64,000 nt of DNA from the NCBI GenBank assembly GCA_036677065.1, contig JAKFBS010000002.1, positions 256,001 to 320,000 of the forward strand. The letters are read 5' to 3'. The stretch is from Bdellovibrio sp. (GTDB lineage: Bacteria; Bdellovibrionota; Bdellovibrionia; Bdellovibrionales; Bdellovibrionaceae). Under the pieces are notes generated by a model that was given only the letters and a program-made list of their open reading frames with translations, was not told where the DNA came from and did not search any database. Each line of letters opens with the position of its first letter. The first letter of the stretch is position 1. Shown here piece after piece: positions 48,929 through 59,472 of the stretch. The position numbers and the translations under genes were made by a program.

Positions 48929-50326
48929 ATGTCAGACACTAAAAAAATCGTCGATAAAAAAATTGTAAAACTATTTGGTACAGATGGTATCCGCGGAACC
49001 GCTAATCAGTTTCCTATGGTTCCTGATGTGGTTGTAAAAATCGGGCAAGCGATCGGCTATTTGATCCGTACCGGACGAATCACTTCGACTTCAAAAAGTA
49101 AAAAAGTTGTCATCGGTAAAGACACGCGTCTTTCTGGGTATATGATCGAACAAGCTCTTGCCAGTGGTTTAAATTCAATGGGTATTTATGTGCAACTTGT
49201 AGGGCCATTACCAACGCCGGCGATTGGTTATTTAACTAAAACCATGCGCTCTGTGGCAGGTATTGTGATTTCAGCTTCGCATAATGCTTATCAAGATAAC
49301 GGCATTAAAATTTTTGGACCCGATGGTTTTAAATTAGATGACTCATTAGAAAAAGAAATCGAACGTTTAGTCAGTGAAGATAACTTATCAAGCTTGCTTC
49401 CAAAATCAAACGAAGTTGGCCGTACTCGCCGTATCGAAGATGCGCAAGGCCGATACATCGTGCATGCAAAAAGCACATTCCCTTTAGAATATACACTTGA
49501 AGGCATGCGTATTGTTTTAGACACCGCTCACGGTGCAGCTTATCGCGTAAGCCCTGCGATTTTTGAAGAGTTAGGCGCTGAAGTCATTCATTTGGGTTCT
49601 CAGCCCAACGGCACTAACATCAACGATAAATCAGGAGCCCTTCATCCTTCACAAATTGCCAACGCCGTTATTCAGTATCGTGCAGATGTGGGGATTGGTC
49701 TAGACGGCGATGCCGATCGCGTGGTGATGGTGGATGATGAAGGTAAAATCATGAATGGCGATAAAGTTATCGCGATTTGCGCGCTTCATATGAAACAAAA
49801 AAACATGTTAAAGAACAACACGATCGTTGTGACTCAAATGTCTAATTTTGCTTTAGAAAAGAAGATGAAAGATTTAGGTATTAAGACGATCAAAACGAAT
49901 GTGGGCGATAAACACGTTGTCGATGAAATGCGTAAAAATAACTATAATCTGGGTGGTGAACAATCTGGTCACATTATCTTTTTAGATCACACCACTACTG
50001 GTGACGGAACCGTTGCAGCTCTTAATGTTTTATCCGTGATGAAAGAATCCGGAAAAAAATTAAGTGAACTGGCAACGATTTTTGAAGATATGCCACAAGT
50101 CTTGATCAACTGCCGTGTTCGCCACAGAAAAGCTTTAGATGAAATTAAAGGTTACAATGAATTGATCGCGGCTAAAGAAAAAGAATTAAATAACGAAGGT
50201 CGTTTATTTATTCGTTTTTCTGGAACCGAGCCATTGATCCGAATTTTAGCCGAAGGCCCAAGTAAAGAAAAAATTTCTGCTATTGCAGAAGAGATCGCTT
50301 CATTTTTAGAGAAAGAATTAAGTTAA
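48929..50326 (+). CDS. glmM: Phosphoglucosamine mutase
   Basis: FGTDGIRG, ISASHN, DGDADR, GGEQSGH, RFSGTEP. Confidence 0.96.
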   Translation: MSDTKKIVDKKIVKLFGTDGIRGTANQFPMVPDVVVKIGQAIGYLIRTGRITSTSKSKKVVIGKDTRLSGYMIEQALASGLNSMGIYVQLVGPLPTPAIGYLTKTMRSVAGIVISASHNAYQDNGIKIFGPDGFKLDDSLEKEIERLVSEDNLSSLLPKSNEVGRTRRIEDAQGRYIVHAKSTFPLEYTLEGMRIVLDTAHGAAYRVSPAIFEELGAEVIHLGSQPNGTNINDKSGALHPSQIANAVIQYRADVGIGLDGDADRVVMVDDEGKIMNGDKVIAICALHMKQKNMLKNNTIVVTQMSNFALEKKMKDLGIKTIKTNVGDKHVVDEMRKNNYNLGGEQSGHIIFLDHTTTGDGTVAALNVLSVMKESGKKLSELATIFEDMPQVLINCRVRHRKALDEIKGYNELIAAKEKELNNEGRLFIRFSGTEPLIRILAEGPSKEKISAIAEEIASFLEKELS

Positions 50327-51048
50327 TGGGAAAAGTAAGACTTGGCGTAAATATTGATCATGCAGCCACTTTAAGGCAAGTTCGCGCAGCAACCACAAGC
50401 TATCCTAATATGTTAGAGATGGTGAAACTTGCAAAAGCAGGTGGTGCAAAGCAGATCACGATTCATTTGCGTGAAGACCGCAGACATATTCAAGATCACG
50501 ATGTGATTAGTTTGTGTAAAAAATCTCCTTTAGAAATTAACTTAGAGATGGGCGCTTCTCGCGAAATGCTAAAAATTGCTTTAAAGAATAAACCTGCTTG
50601 GGTGTGTATGGTTCCAGAAAAAAGAGCCGAGCTTACAACTGAAGGTGGATTAAATATCGTTAAAGGTTTTAAAAACCTAGAGACGATGACTCATCAATTG
50701 TCTGATGCAAAAATCAAAGTTTCTTTTTTTATTGAGCCAACATTAGATCAAGTTGAAGCCTCAGCATTAGCAGGCGCGCATGCTGTAGAATTTCACACAG
50801 GCCGTTGGGTGATGTTAACAGGTGCTAAGAAAAAAGCTGAATATAATAAGCTTGTGATTGCCGCTCTTGAGGCGCACCGTTTGGGCTTACGTGTACACGT
50901 AGGTCATGGTTTAGATTACGCGCATGCCAAGCTTATCAAAAAATTACCTCATTTAGTTGAAGCTAACATCGGTCATAGTTTGATTTGCTATTCTTTAACT
51001 GATGGATTGAAAACTTCAGTTAAAAAAATGGTGAAAGCTTTGAACTAG
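50326..51048 (+). CDS. pdxJ: Pyridoxine 5'-phosphate synthase
   Basis: LGVNIDH, HLREDRRHI, TTEGG, GHGL, NIGHS. Confidence 0.96.
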   Translation: MGKVRLGVNIDHAATLRQVRAATTSYPNMLEMVKLAKAGGAKQITIHLREDRRHIQDHDVISLCKKSPLEINLEMGASREMLKIALKNKPAWVCMVPEKRAELTTEGGLNIVKGFKNLETMTHQLSDAKIKVSFFIEPTLDQVEASALAGAHAVEFHTGRWVMLTGAKKKAEYNKLVIAALEAHRLGLRVHVGHGLDYAHAKLIKKLPHLVEANIGHSLICYSLTDGLKTSVKKMVKALN

Positions 51049-51049
51049 A

Positions 51050-51472
51050 ATGTCGCGTGAACTTTTCTTTGTTCATTCGCTGTCAGACTGGGATAAGGTC
51101 GTCGCTTTTATAAAGCCAAAGCTTAAAGGTAAGAATTTATTTTTACTGGCGGGTGATCTGGGTGCTGGTAAAACCACCCTTGTTAGTTTGATCGCAAAAA
51201 CAATGAACATTCAGCTGGTAAGTTCACCTACGTTTTCACTTATTTCGCAGCATAAAAACCTAACCCACGTTGATCTGTACCGCCTAGAAAGCATGGAGGA
51301 AATCGATGCCACTGGTTTTTGGGAAATCTTCGAAGAAGAAGAAAATGTCGTTTTTGTCGAATGGGCGCAAAAGATTTCAGATGATCTGTGGCCGCTAGAT
51401 TGGGATATAACAAGAATTGCGATTAGTAAAAAATCTGAAAACTTACGCGAAGTTTTGATTATTGAAAGCTAA
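51050..51472 (+). CDS. tsaE: tRNA threonylcarbamoyladenosine biosynthesis ATPase
   Basis: GDLGAGKT, SPTF, HVDLYRL, VEW. Confidence 0.94.
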   Translation: MSRELFFVHSLSDWDKVVAFIKPKLKGKNLFLLAGDLGAGKTTLVSLIAKTMNIQLVSSPTFSLISQHKNLTHVDLYRLESMEEIDATGFWEIFEEEENVVFVEWAQKISDDLWPLDWDITRIAISKKSENLREVLIIES

Positions 51473-51473
51473 C

Positions 51474-52367
51474 CTAGACTGCTTTTTCTGAAATTGATTC
51501 TAATGTCGTAATATCGTCTTGTGATAGGTGAGTGGTTTTAAAACCCACTAAAAAGCCAACAACTTTGGGTCCAAGCTTGATTGCCGAAATACAAGCGTAT
51601 TTAAAATCTAAGATTTTTAAACCTAATTGATTGATATTAAAAGTTTCGGTGAAATGGTTTTTATAAACATTAGTGAATGGATTTTCTGCAGTTAGATCAT
51701 AAGAAAAAATAGCCGTGTCTAATTCTTCTTTTTCTAAGTCTTCATCCATTTTATAAAGCTCTGTTGTGTTTTTACCTGTCACACGTAAAACGACATAAGC
51801 ATCAAATTTTTTACGGGCGATTTCAGAAAAATTACCGTGATTTGTCTCTAGATTTTGCCAGACATGATTGTTCGTCATGCCATTTTCAGCAGGCAGCGGT
51901 TGAAGCACCACGGGTTGCGCAACTTCAACGACCGGTTCAAGCACTTTGCGAATTGGCGTGTTTGAAATAAAAGCTAAATTTTCAGGTGAACATAAAACAA
52001 AAACAGCATTCGGTAGTGAAAGAACTTTATCTGAAAACTCAAGACCCGCGATCAGAAGTTGTCCATCCCAAGTTTGTAACGGAATTAATTCAGAATTAAA
52101 AGCAGGGTATTGTGAATAGCCTTCAACACAGTCTAAGTGCTGTTTGCGTAATTTCATAATTGAAGTCTGATCTAATTTTTCTAACACAGGTACGCCGTAA
52201 AAAGCACTTGCCCAGGTTTTATAGTCAGCCCAATTTAAAAATTGATTTTCTAATGCAATTTTAATTTTTGATTTTTGCAATAGCGCAGGATCGCCAGAAT
52301 TTAATAATTCTTCGACCGATAAAATCGCATCAGGAAAAAAATGCTCCCAGTTTTGCTCTTGCGCCAT
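51474..52367 (-). CDS. Hypothetical protein, possible GspE/PilB N-terminal-like domain plus GAF-like C-terminus
   Basis: WASAFYGVPVL...LIPLQTWDGQLLIA; C-terminal CISAIKLGPKVVGFL...SQDDITTLE. Confidence 0.6.
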   Translation of the reverse strand: MAQEQNWEHFFPDAILSVEELLNSGDPALLQKSKIKIALENQFLNWADYKTWASAFYGVPVLEKLDQTSIMKLRKQHLDCVEGYSQYPAFNSELIPLQTWDGQLLIAGLEFSDKVLSLPNAVFVLCSPENLAFISNTPIRKVLEPVVEVAQPVVLQPLPAENGMTNNHVWQNLETNHGNFSEIARKKFDAYVVLRVTGKNTTELYKMDEDLEKEELDTAIFSYDLTAENPFTNVYKNHFTETFNINQLGLKILDFKYACISAIKLGPKVVGFLVGFKTTHLSQDDITTLESISEKAV

Positions 52368-52374
52368 GTCTTTT

Positions 52375-52402
52375 ATATCGGACTATGGCCTTGCGATATT
52401 TA
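52375..52402 (-). promoter_or_regulatory. Sigma28/FliA-like promoter
   Basis: TAAA-N16-TCCGATAT, 7 nt before the ATG at 52367. Confidence 0.65.
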
Positions 52403-52528
52403 GCTCGAAGCGCGAAAACTTGGAGATTAAATTTCCGGTAATTTCTACAAAAATGTCGATATTGTGGACGATCCAACTAACCCTGGTCTGGATGTGGGGT
52501 GTCTAATGAGTAGTTTCAGGAGGAGACT

Positions 52529-52729
52529 ATGACAACAACTCTTATCCAGTGGTTCTCGGTTGCAAGCTTTATCGGTTTAATGGCTTTTATCATGGTGTCA
52601 AACCGTGAGGTCCAATATAACGAATATAAAGCACCGGTTGTTGAGGATAAGCCTTCGAAGTCTGAACCAAGACCTGTTTATCCTCCGCTTAAGAAAAAGC
52701 CTTATACTCGCTCAACACGAATGGCTTAA
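52529..52729 (+). CDS. Small single-TM hypothetical protein
   Basis: AGGAGG RBS, N-terminal TM, Pro/Lys-rich tail. Confidence 0.7.
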   Translation: MTTTLIQWFSVASFIGLMAFIMVSNREVQYNEYKAPVVEDKPSKSEPRPVYPPLKKKPYTRSTRMA

Positions 52730-52840
52730 ACGGTAATCTTACGGATTTTGACCTAACTGGTTAATTTTACATAGATAATCTTTATTGAAACAGCTCTAAT
52801 CCTTTTCAAAATTTTCATTCTCGTGTAGAAGTCTTTAGCG

Positions 52841-54025
52841 ATGCTAAAGATTCCAATTTACCTAGACTTTAATGCGACGGCTCCGCTTTCGCAAAAAGTG
52901 ATTACCTCCATGCCACAGTTGCTACAACTGTGGGGTAATCCTTCGTCGATTCATTTAGCCTCTCGTGGTCCGAAAACCATCTTACGCGAAACGAAAAAAA
53001 AATTAGCTGATTACTTAAAAGTTTCATCACTAGAAATTATTTTTAATTCAGGTGCTTCTGAAGGTAACAACACAGTTTTAAAATCAGTATGGAATACCTT
53101 CCGCCCCGGAAACCATTTTGGCCAACAAGTCAAAAATGAATTTCTTATTTCTGCGGTTGAGCATCCAAGTATCACAAAGACGGCTCAGTTCTTAGAGACT
53201 GAAGGCGCGGTCATTCATTGGATTCCTGTGTCACTAGATGGTGACATTGATTTAAATTTTATCAAAGAAAAATTAAACGAACGCACAGCTCTTATCAGCG
53301 TGATGTTTGCTAATAACGAAACAGGCACAGTATTTCCAATTAAAGACATCGTAGCTTTGGCAAAAGAAAAAAATGTTTTAGTGCATTCAGATTGCGTACA
53401 GGCTTTCGGAAAAACTGATTTTAATCTATCCGATCTTGGCGTTGATTACGCAACTATTTCAGCTCATAAGTTTTATGCGCTGAAAGGTTGCGGAGTTTTA
53501 TTTGCGCGAAAGAATGCGCCCTACATCAATCTAGTTCACGGTGGAGGGCAAGAGCGTTCTCGTCGTGGCGGTACAGAAAATATTCTGGGTATCGCTTCAT
53601 TAGGCGTTATGGTTGATGAGTTAGCTCAAGTAAGCGTTAATGAAACCGAAATCAGAATTCTTCGCGATTATTTTGAAACAGAAATTAAAGCTCAAGTTCC
53701 TAACGTAACTGTAACTTGCGAAAAATCAATTCGTTTAGCAAACACATCAAGTTTAGTTATCTCAGGCGTTGATGGCGAAACGCTTTTAGTCAGTCTTGAT
53801 CTTAAAGGTTTTGCCGTAAGCACAGGTGCAGCCTGCTCAAGCGGAAATCCTGAGCCAAGTCCAGTGTTGTTAGCTGTAGGCCTTACTCGTCAGGAAGCGC
53901 AGAACTCTTTACGCGTAAGTCTTGGCTGGACAACAACCAAAGAACATATCGATTTATTTATTCATCAGCTAGTTGAAGTTGTAGAACATCTTCGCGCAAT
54001 TAATGAGGCACAAACAAATGTCTGA
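52841..54025 (+). CDS. iscS: Cysteine desulfurase (IscS/NifS family)
   Basis: YLDFNATAP, GNPSS, NNETG, SAHKFY, STGAACSSG; upstream of mnmA. Confidence 0.9.
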   Translation: MLKIPIYLDFNATAPLSQKVITSMPQLLQLWGNPSSIHLASRGPKTILRETKKKLADYLKVSSLEIIFNSGASEGNNTVLKSVWNTFRPGNHFGQQVKNEFLISAVEHPSITKTAQFLETEGAVIHWIPVSLDGDIDLNFIKEKLNERTALISVMFANNETGTVFPIKDIVALAKEKNVLVHSDCVQAFGKTDFNLSDLGVDYATISAHKFYALKGCGVLFARKNAPYINLVHGGGQERSRRGGTENILGIASLGVMVDELAQVSVNETEIRILRDYFETEIKAQVPNVTVTCEKSIRLANTSSLVISGVDGETLLVSLDLKGFAVSTGAACSSGNPEPSPVLLAVGLTRQEAQNSLRVSLGWTTTKEHIDLFIHQLVEVVEHLRAINEAQTNV

Positions 54026-55127
54026 TACCGTAAACGTACCAGTTAAAAAGAAAAAAGTATTAGTGGCCATGAGCGGGGGAGTTGATTCTTCTGTAGCAGC
54101 TGCGCTTTTAAAAGAGCAAGGCTACGACGTTGTCGGAGCCACGATGCAGGTTTGGGATTACACTAACTGCGATATCACTGAAGGCAGCGGCACTTGTTGT
54201 TCATCTTTAGATGTTGATGATGCCAGATCAGTGGCTGATAAACTTGATATTCCGTTTTATGTTTTAAACTGCGAAGCTAAATTTAAAGCTTCGGTCATTG
54301 ATCCATTTATTAATGCTTACCTCCAAGGGCAAACACCACTTCCATGTGTTAACTGCAACACGTATTTAAAATTTGACCACTTAGTTAAAAAAATGAAAGA
54401 GCTTGAGTGTGATTACTTAGCGACTGGTCATTACGCACAGATTATTCAAAACGAAAGTGGCGAATACCAAATCAAGACTTCTGAAGATGACTGGAAAGAT
54501 CAAACATATTTTTTATTCACTATTGATCCAGCGATTGTGCCAAAATTATTATTTCCCATAGGTCATCTTAAAAAGCCAGAAGTAAGAAAATTAGCTGAAA
54601 GCCAAGGTCTGGTTGTAGCTAAGAAAAAAGATTCTCAAGGAATCTGTTTTGTGGGCAACATGGGTTACGATAACTTTATCAAAGGCCAAGTTTCTGAAAG
54701 CATTCTAAAATCAAAACGTGGCGTACTTAAACGCTATCCAACGAATGAAGTTATGGCTGATCATGATGGCATTCATCATTATACAATCGGGCAAAGTAAA
54801 GGCTTAGGCATGACATATCATGAAAAGCTTTTTGTTATTAAAATTGATGCCACTGATAACACAGTGTGGGTTGGCGAAGAAAAATATTTATTTCATGATG
54901 AAGTTGATGTGATCGAACCACACATCATTAGCAAGTTTACAGACGGCGAAGAGCTATCTGTAAAGATTCGTTACCAGCATAAAGGCTCAATTGCAAAAGT
55001 TGTAAAATCTGAAACTGGTTTTAAATTAAAATTCAAAGAACCTCAGCGTGCAATCACTCCTGGACAAGCGGCTGTGTTCTATTCTCAAGAAAAAGTATTG
55101 CTCGGAGGCGGATGGATCAAGTTGTAA
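54018..55127 (+). CDS. mnmA: tRNA 2-thiouridylase
   Basis: AMSGGVDSS, PCVNCN, ATGHYA, KDQTYFL, DSQGICF, TPGQAAV. Confidence 0.96.
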   Translation: MSDTVNVPVKKKKVLVAMSGGVDSSVAAALLKEQGYDVVGATMQVWDYTNCDITEGSGTCCSSLDVDDARSVADKLDIPFYVLNCEAKFKASVIDPFINAYLQGQTPLPCVNCNTYLKFDHLVKKMKELECDYLATGHYAQIIQNESGEYQIKTSEDDWKDQTYFLFTIDPAIVPKLLFPIGHLKKPEVRKLAESQGLVVAKKKDSQGICFVGNMGYDNFIKGQVSESILKSKRGVLKRYPTNEVMADHDGIHHYTIGQSKGLGMTYHEKLFVIKIDATDNTVWVGEEKYLFHDEVDVIEPHIISKFTDGEELSVKIRYQHKGSIAKVVKSETGFKLKFKEPQRAITPGQAAVFYSQEKVLLGGGWIKL

Positions 55128-56467
55128 TGCCGTCAATGGCTTCAGATCAATTCGTGGTGCACACGTTCGGCTGTAAGGTAAATACTTACGACGGTGGTCT
55201 TATTCAAAAAAATATGACGACACACGGCTTTAAATTAAATGCCGGCCGTTTAAGTATCGAGACTTTAGATAAAACCAAAACTCAGATTCATATTTTAAAT
55301 ACCTGTGCCGTAACTGCTGAAGCCACTAAAGAGGCAGTAAAAACAATTCGTAAGATTAAAGCGCAACAGCCATTTTCTACAATTGTTATAACAGGCTGTG
55401 CTGCGCAAGTTGATACCGGGGCTTTTGAGAATCTTCCAGGTGCAGATCTTGTGATTGCTAATTCTCACAAAGGACTTCTTCCTGATCTTTTGAAAAAACA
55501 TTTTCGTGGTGAACTTCAACAGAAAACATTCAAATCTAATATCTTCAAAAAAGAAGAGTTAGAAGCTGATGGTGGCGAAGAAGCAGCTCACACTAGAACT
55601 TTCTTAAAAATACAAGATGGCTGCAATTCGTTTTGTTCATTCTGTATTATTCCTTATGCCCGCGGTAAGAGCCGCTCGATTTCAATTGCTCATATCGTTG
55701 ATAAAATTAATCAAATCGTTCGCGAAGGCAAAAAAGAAGTTGTTCTTACTGGAGTACATATCGGTGACTACGAAGATAACGGTAAAAACATGGATGATTT
55801 AGTTGAAGCGGTTTTAAATCGCACAACAATTTCACGTGTGCGGTTGTCATCTTTAGAGCCCATTGAAATCTCAGACCGCTTATTGGCAATGTATGAAAAT
55901 CCAAGATTATGCGCTCACTTTCACATGAGCATCCAATCGGCAGATTCTGAAACATTAAAAGAAATGAAGCGTAAATATTCACAAGAACAAGTTGAGCTCG
56001 CGTTACATAATATTTCAAAAATAAAAGATGTGTTTGTCGGAATGGATGTGATCGCGGGATTTCCTTCAGAAACTGAAGAGCAATTCGAAAATACTTACAA
56101 ACGTTTAGCTGAAACACCCTGGACACGTTTGCATGTGTTTCCGTACAGCGAACGCAGCGGTACACGTGCTGCGATTATGGATCAAGTGCCACATCATCTT
56201 CGTAAAGAACGTGCTGCGCGCTTACGTGAATTAAGCTTACACCGTTTTCAGGCTGAAGCTTTGAAACAAGTTGGCAATACTCACCAAACGCTGATCTTAA
56301 ATAAAGCTTCTAAAAAAGCCGAAGGCTTAACTCGCAACTACTGGCCAGTAAGACTAAATTTATCAGAAGACAAATTAAAAAAACTAGCTGGTTTGGAAGT
56401 GCAAGTAAAAATCACGGCAGTTAATTTTGAAACGGGCGAAGGCCAACTTGAAGGAGTTATTGTATGA
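55127..56467 (+). CDS. mtaB: t6A methylthiotransferase (radical SAM)
   Basis: TFGCKVN, NTCAVT, TGCAAQ, RTFLKIQDGCNSFCSFC. Confidence 0.92.
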   Translation: MPSMASDQFVVHTFGCKVNTYDGGLIQKNMTTHGFKLNAGRLSIETLDKTKTQIHILNTCAVTAEATKEAVKTIRKIKAQQPFSTIVITGCAAQVDTGAFENLPGADLVIANSHKGLLPDLLKKHFRGELQQKTFKSNIFKKEELEADGGEEAAHTRTFLKIQDGCNSFCSFCIIPYARGKSRSISIAHIVDKINQIVREGKKEVVLTGVHIGDYEDNGKNMDDLVEAVLNRTTISRVRLSSLEPIEISDRLLAMYENPRLCAHFHMSIQSADSETLKEMKRKYSQEQVELALHNISKIKDVFVGMDVIAGFPSETEEQFENTYKRLAETPWTRLHVFPYSERSGTRAAIMDQVPHHLRKERAARLRELSLHRFQAEALKQVGNTHQTLILNKASKKAEGLTRNYWPVRLNLSEDKLKKLAGLEVQVKITAVNFETGEGQLEGVIV

Positions 56468-57183
56468 TTCCTCAAAGTTTAGAACAAAACATCAATTACA
56501 AATTTAAAGATCGTGATCTTTTGTTAGAGGCTTTAACTCATAAAAGTTACTGCATTAATGAAAAGAAAAAACTTTCTCACAACGAACGTTTAGAATATTT
56601 AGGCGATGCGATCTTAGGCTTTGTCTTGGCAGAACAGCTCATGCAGCTTTTTCCGCAGGATAACGAAGGTCTTTTATCTAAAAAGCGCGCAAGTCTTGTA
56701 AATCAAGATGTGTTGTCGCAAAAAGCATTGAACCTTAAATTAGACACTTTGTTGATTTTAGGTCCTGGTGAAAAAGAGCAAGAATCACATTTAAAACCCA
56801 GAATTTTATGTTCAGCTTATGAGGCCATGTTAGGCGCTATATATCTGGACTCAGATTTTCTAAATATTAGAAGCTGGATTCAAAAAGAATTTAAACCGGA
56901 CATCCAACAGATCAAGCCAGATCTGGAATTTGAACGTGATTACAAAACAAGACTTCAGGAGCTTACGCAAAAATTAAAATTGGGTATGCCCGAATATCAA
57001 CTGATCGGCACTGAAGGGCCATCACATAACCCAGAATTTTTAGTTGGAATTTTTCTAACTCAAAATGGCCAAGCGGTCGAAAAGTTTCGCGCGACCGGTA
57101 AAAGCAAAAAAGCGGCTGAACAAGCCGCAGCTCAACAATTAATGAATTATTTAGAAACAGATCATAAAAGGAAAAGTGTATAG
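56464..57183 (+). CDS. rnc: Ribonuclease III
   Basis: NERLEYLGDA signature, dsRBD DYKTRLQE...GKSKKAAEQ. Confidence 0.96.
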   Translation: MIPQSLEQNINYKFKDRDLLLEALTHKSYCINEKKKLSHNERLEYLGDAILGFVLAEQLMQLFPQDNEGLLSKKRASLVNQDVLSQKALNLKLDTLLILGPGEKEQESHLKPRILCSAYEAMLGAIYLDSDFLNIRSWIQKEFKPDIQQIKPDLEFERDYKTRLQELTQKLKLGMPEYQLIGTEGPSHNPEFLVGIFLTQNGQAVEKFRATGKSKKAAEQAAAQQLMNYLETDHKRKSV

Positions 57184-58103
57184 TGGAAACTACAGAAAAA
57201 AAGTCATTTAAAGCAGGGTTCTTAGGCCTGATCGGTCAACCCAACGCTGGTAAAAGCTCTTTATTAAATTTTTTAGTAAAAGAAAAAGTATCAATCGTTA
57301 CGAATAAACCGCAAACGACTCGTCGTCGCATTACTGGACTTCATACGACTGAAGCCGGGCAAATAGTTTTTATCGATGCACCAGGTCTGGTAAAATCAAC
57401 TTCAGGGTTAAATACTTTCTTAGAAAAAGAAGCTCATGATGTGATCAGAAGTTCTGATGCTTTAGTTGCAGTACTTTCTGTTGATGAAGATTCGGCTGAA
57501 AGAAATGAAGAGATTTTAGAGTTAGTGACTAAATCTAAAAAGCCTTGGATTGCGATCATCACTAAAGTTGATTTAAAAGAAACTCAGCACCGCGTGATGA
57601 TCTTAAAAGGTATCGTTGAAAAATTCGGTGGTAAAGCTCTTACAGTTTCAAACACCAAATTCAAAGACGAAGACCGTAAAGAAATCTTAGCAAAATTAGT
57701 AGAGATTTTGCCTGAGTCAGATCGCCATCTTTATGATCCTGAAATGTTCACGACTGAAAATGTGCGTGGCTTGGTCGAGGAAATCATCCGTGAAAAATGC
57801 TTCCAAGTTTTACATCACGAAATTCCTTACCAATTAGCAGTTCAAATCAGAAAATTTGATGAAGACGCTAAACCTTGCCCTAAGATCTACGCTGACATTA
57901 TGGTTGGTCAAGATTCACACAAACCAATCGTGGTTGGTAAAGGTGCGGCAGTTATTAAAGAGATCGGTTCACTTTCGCGTAAAGAGATCGAAAGCTTAAT
58001 GGGCGAAAAAGTTTATTTAGAATTAAATGTAACAGTTAAAGCAAATTGGTTTGAAAACAAACAAACCCTGAAAGAGTTGAAGTATGTCGTTGATTCAGAG
58101 TAG
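57183..58103 (+). CDS. era: GTPase Era
   Basis: GQPNAGKS, KPQTTR, DAPG, KH domain with VGKG. Confidence 0.96.
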   Translation: METTEKKSFKAGFLGLIGQPNAGKSSLLNFLVKEKVSIVTNKPQTTRRRITGLHTTEAGQIVFIDAPGLVKSTSGLNTFLEKEAHDVIRSSDALVAVLSVDEDSAERNEEILELVTKSKKPWIAIITKVDLKETQHRVMILKGIVEKFGGKALTVSNTKFKDEDRKEILAKLVEILPESDRHLYDPEMFTTENVRGLVEEIIREKCFQVLHHEIPYQLAVQIRKFDEDAKPCPKIYADIMVGQDSHKPIVVGKGAAVIKEIGSLSRKEIESLMGEKVYLELNVTVKANWFENKQTLKELKYVVDSE

Positions 58104-59472
58104 CAGTGGAGATTCAGCGCACGGCGCTGATGAAGGTGGTTTTGTTGATTCGCCAAAGGTTGCCATCATCGGTAGACCAAACGTGGGTAAGTCTACGTTA
58201 TTTAATATTTTAACTGATTCACGTAAAGCTGTTGTAAAAAATCAACCAGGTGTTACTCGTGATATTCTTATCGAGCCGGTAGATATCTGGGGTAAGAAAT
58301 TTGATCTAATTGATACGGGTGGTGTGACTGAGGCTACTGATTTATTCTCAAAATTAATCAAAGAACAAGTCACTGAATTTTTATTCACCGTTGATTTTAT
58401 CGTTGCCGTAATGGATGGCCGTGCAGGATTACTTCCCGAAGATCGCGATATTATTAAAATCGCAAAACAAACGGGTAAACCGATTCTTTTAGTGGTTAAT
58501 AAGGTTGATAGCCCACACGAAGATGATCTATTAAAAGCTGATTTCCATGAATTCGGACTCGATGTCATGGGGTGCAGTTTTGAGCAGCGCCGTGGTGTTG
58601 GTGATGTTTTGCAGTGGATTGTAAGCATGGTTCCTGAAATTCCAAAAGAAATCGGCAAGTCACTTCGTATCGCCATGGTCGGTAAACCTAACGTTGGTAA
58701 AAGCTCTTTATGTAATTGTCTTCTAAAGCAAAACCGCATGTTAGTGAGCGAAATCGCAGGAACAACTATTGATTCAGTCGATGCGCCATTTAGATTTAAT
58801 GACCGCGATTATATGTTAGTTGATACTGCGGGTTTGAGACGACAATCAAAACGTGATGAAGGCTTAGAGATGATCTCAGCGTTTAAATCACAAGAATCAA
58901 TTCGTAGAGCTGATGTCGTGTTATTAGTAATTGATGGCGTTTTAGGGCCGTCAGAGCAAGATGCTAAGATCTTACAAGCCATTTTAGATGACCATAAAGG
59001 TGTTGTTTGTGTAGCTAATAAATCTGACTTAGGTCAGGAAGAAATCGAAAAATATCGTGAAACATTTCGTGCTCAAGTTGCGCGTGTATTTCATTTTTTC
59101 GTCGACATTCCATTAGTATTTACTTCGGCTTTGAAATCTCAGGGAATCAAAGACCTTTTTGATGAAATCGAGCGCGTTGCAGATAAACGCAGTTTACAAA
59201 TCAAGACTTCAGAATTAAATGATTTCTTCTTTGAAACAATTCGTAAAGCTCCGGCGCCAGTTTGGGGTCAAACAAATGTTAAGTTTTATTACTTAACTCA
59301 GACTTATCAAAAACCACCGGCATTTATCGCATTTTGTAACCACCCAGAAGGTGTTCATAATTCATACCGTCGCTTCTTAATTAAAAACATGAAAGAGAAA
59401 TTCGACTTACACGGAATCCCTATCAGAATTTACTGTATGAAGTCGCGTCGCGGAGGCGAAAGTAATCTGTAA
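58084..59472 (+). CDS. der: Ribosome biogenesis GTPase Der/EngA
   Basis: Two G domains (GRPNVGKS, GKPNVGKS) and a C-terminal KH-like domain. Confidence 0.96.
   Translation: MSLIQSSSGDSAHGADEGGFVDSPKVAIIGRPNVGKSTLFNILTDSRKAVVKNQPGVTRDILIEPVDIWGKKFDLIDTGGVTEATDLFSKLIKEQVTEFLFTVDFIVAVMDGRAGLLPEDRDIIKIAKQTGKPILLVVNKVDSPHEDDLLKADFHEFGLDVMGCSFEQRRGVGDVLQWIVSMVPEIPKEIGKSLRIAMVGKPNVGKSSLCNCLLKQNRMLVSEIAGTTIDSVDAPFRFNDRDYMLVDTAGLRRQSKRDEGLEMISAFKSQESIRRADVVLLVIDGVLGPSEQDAKILQAILDDHKGVVCVANKSDLGQEEIEKYRETFRAQVARVFHFFVDIPLVFTSALKSQGIKDLFDEIERVADKRSLQIKTSELNDFFFETIRKAPAPVWGQTNVKFYYLTQTYQKPPAFIAFCNHPEGVHNSYRRFLIKNMKEKFDLHGIPIRIYCMKSRRGGESNL

Noticed and set aside
52430..52465. Fourth sigma28-like promoter (GTCGATAT) before 52529
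   Set aside because: No TAAA at the 15-16-nt spacing, and the gene has a normal SD leader.
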